Shown here one piece after another: positions 51,418-52,470 of a DNA stretch of 52,470 bases (position 1 is the first letter of the stretch; every line of letters starts with the position of its first letter). The stretch lies in contig JYFJ02002702.1 of NCBI GenBank assembly GCA_000934665.2, positions 1 through 52,470 on the forward strand. The letters are read 5' to 3'. The stretch is from Catajapyx aquilonaris (lineage: Eukaryota). Under the pieces are notes generated by a model, which was not told the origin of the DNA, did no database searches, and was given only the letters and a program-made list of their open reading frames with translations. A program made the translations under genes and the position numbers.

Positions 51418-52470
51418 GATGGTTGCTGGGGTAAACAATCATAATTTCTCTCCTATAATAGGGCAGAGCAGTGTATTGAGCGAGCAGGCTTTTCATTTAT
51501 GGCGGTTCCGAACTTTCGGAGCAACAGTAGCAGTTGCCTTTGCTGAAAGGGACTAAAAATTGTTTTTTTTGGTCGGGTGTACTGCACTGTATACAGTCAA
51601 GAGGAGCGTGAGCTTTAAACTTCAGGAAACTGTTCGAGTTGAGTTGCTAACATTGTCGGTTTAATACACTCCAATGAGGAAGCGTCGCTCAGGCATCAGG
51701 TAGTTCCAGCTAAAAACCGCAAGTTTCACAAACCTGGCCAACTACCGCGAAAAAAACACAATTTTTTTTAAAGCAAAGTAACTGTACATTAATAAAAAAA
51801 AGGAACCGCACTTGAATTGTGCTTATGCAGTGTGTTCCTATTTCAATTTTTTAGCTGCTTTCAAGCTGTTGATGTACTTGAAAACACCAGGGTGTTCCTG
51901 TTGAAGCATTCATTGAATTGCAGTAAACCGATTTACTTACAAATCAGTGTGAACGCCAAACGTACACGTACAGGCTATTTATTACAGAGATCCAAGCTGC
52001 TTATATTCCAACAATTGGAGCACAAAGAGTCCTTGGGGCCCTAATGTGGTGCATTACATCTCGGCTGGACCATCATATTGAATAGAAAATGAGCCCCCCT
52101 GTCTAGGCACGTGGAAACATTACCGCTCACAATATAATAGATGCGCTAAGGTGAGGCCAAATTACGCCTACGTCTGGAAGGCTCCTAAAGTTCAAGGCTG
52201 GCACAAATGCGGTACTTGCACTGGGGGTCCAGACGACCTTATTAAAACAGCAGCTTGCGCAATTAATGCATTATACTGCTGAAATGTGCTTTCACTTGAC
52301 ATTGCTTTAACACCCTGTATGCACATAATAAGCGAGACCAAACTTGACCAACTTTAATCGGCCCCCGCAATCGGGACCCCGCAAATGTCAGCGGGAACCG
52401 CGATGTGGTCGATGCGGAGAGAACGGACACGAGGCCCAGACGTGTCGGTCGACGGTAGTGGGCTGCGTCC

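Noticed and set aside
42300..52470. Numerous short ORFs and an isolated GGGAATTTCC (47954-47963)
   Set aside because: No homology, splice-consistent chains or coding-like composition; homopolymer-rich non-coding DNA. A single kB-like 10-mer with no linked gene start is not informative.
1..52470. CRISPR arrays, rRNA or prokaryotic operons
   Set aside because: The sequence is intron-containing eukaryotic DNA; no regularly spaced repeats or rRNA signatures were seen.

Overview
Gene-dense invertebrate (very probably arthropod) genomic DNA with many short 53-90 nt introns. In order: a possible orphan secreted-protein gene (-) head-to-head with FHIP2/FAM160B (+, 10 exons); a tRNA-derived SINE; a tandem cluster of three IFIT-like TPR genes (-) with a divergent KCTD9-like gene (+) inside it; a 16-exon Cu/Zn-SOD-repeat protein gene (Rsod/CSRP type, signal peptide and GPI-like tail, -); a divergent SLC43-family transporter (-); and LST2/ZFYVE28 (-), whose first coding exon was not found in the window. 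The most striking element is the IFIT-like cluster. Copy A is intact, copy B lacks its first coding exon and is frameshifted, and copy C is frameshifted by a 31-nt duplication. The CHF[N/T]W motif is present in A and C. Each copy has an identical NF-kB-type site GGGGAATCCCC 120-175 bp upstream of a putative non-coding first-exon donor. Copy A has an SV40-type NLS at its N-terminus, whereas copy C has an eIF3j-like VKDNWDDD motif. Together these suggest an NF-kB-inducible, IFIT-like antiviral or translation-control system outside vertebrates. All gene models were spliced by hand from GT/GC-AG sites and reading-frame continuity, and family assignments come from remembered sequences; no database search was run.
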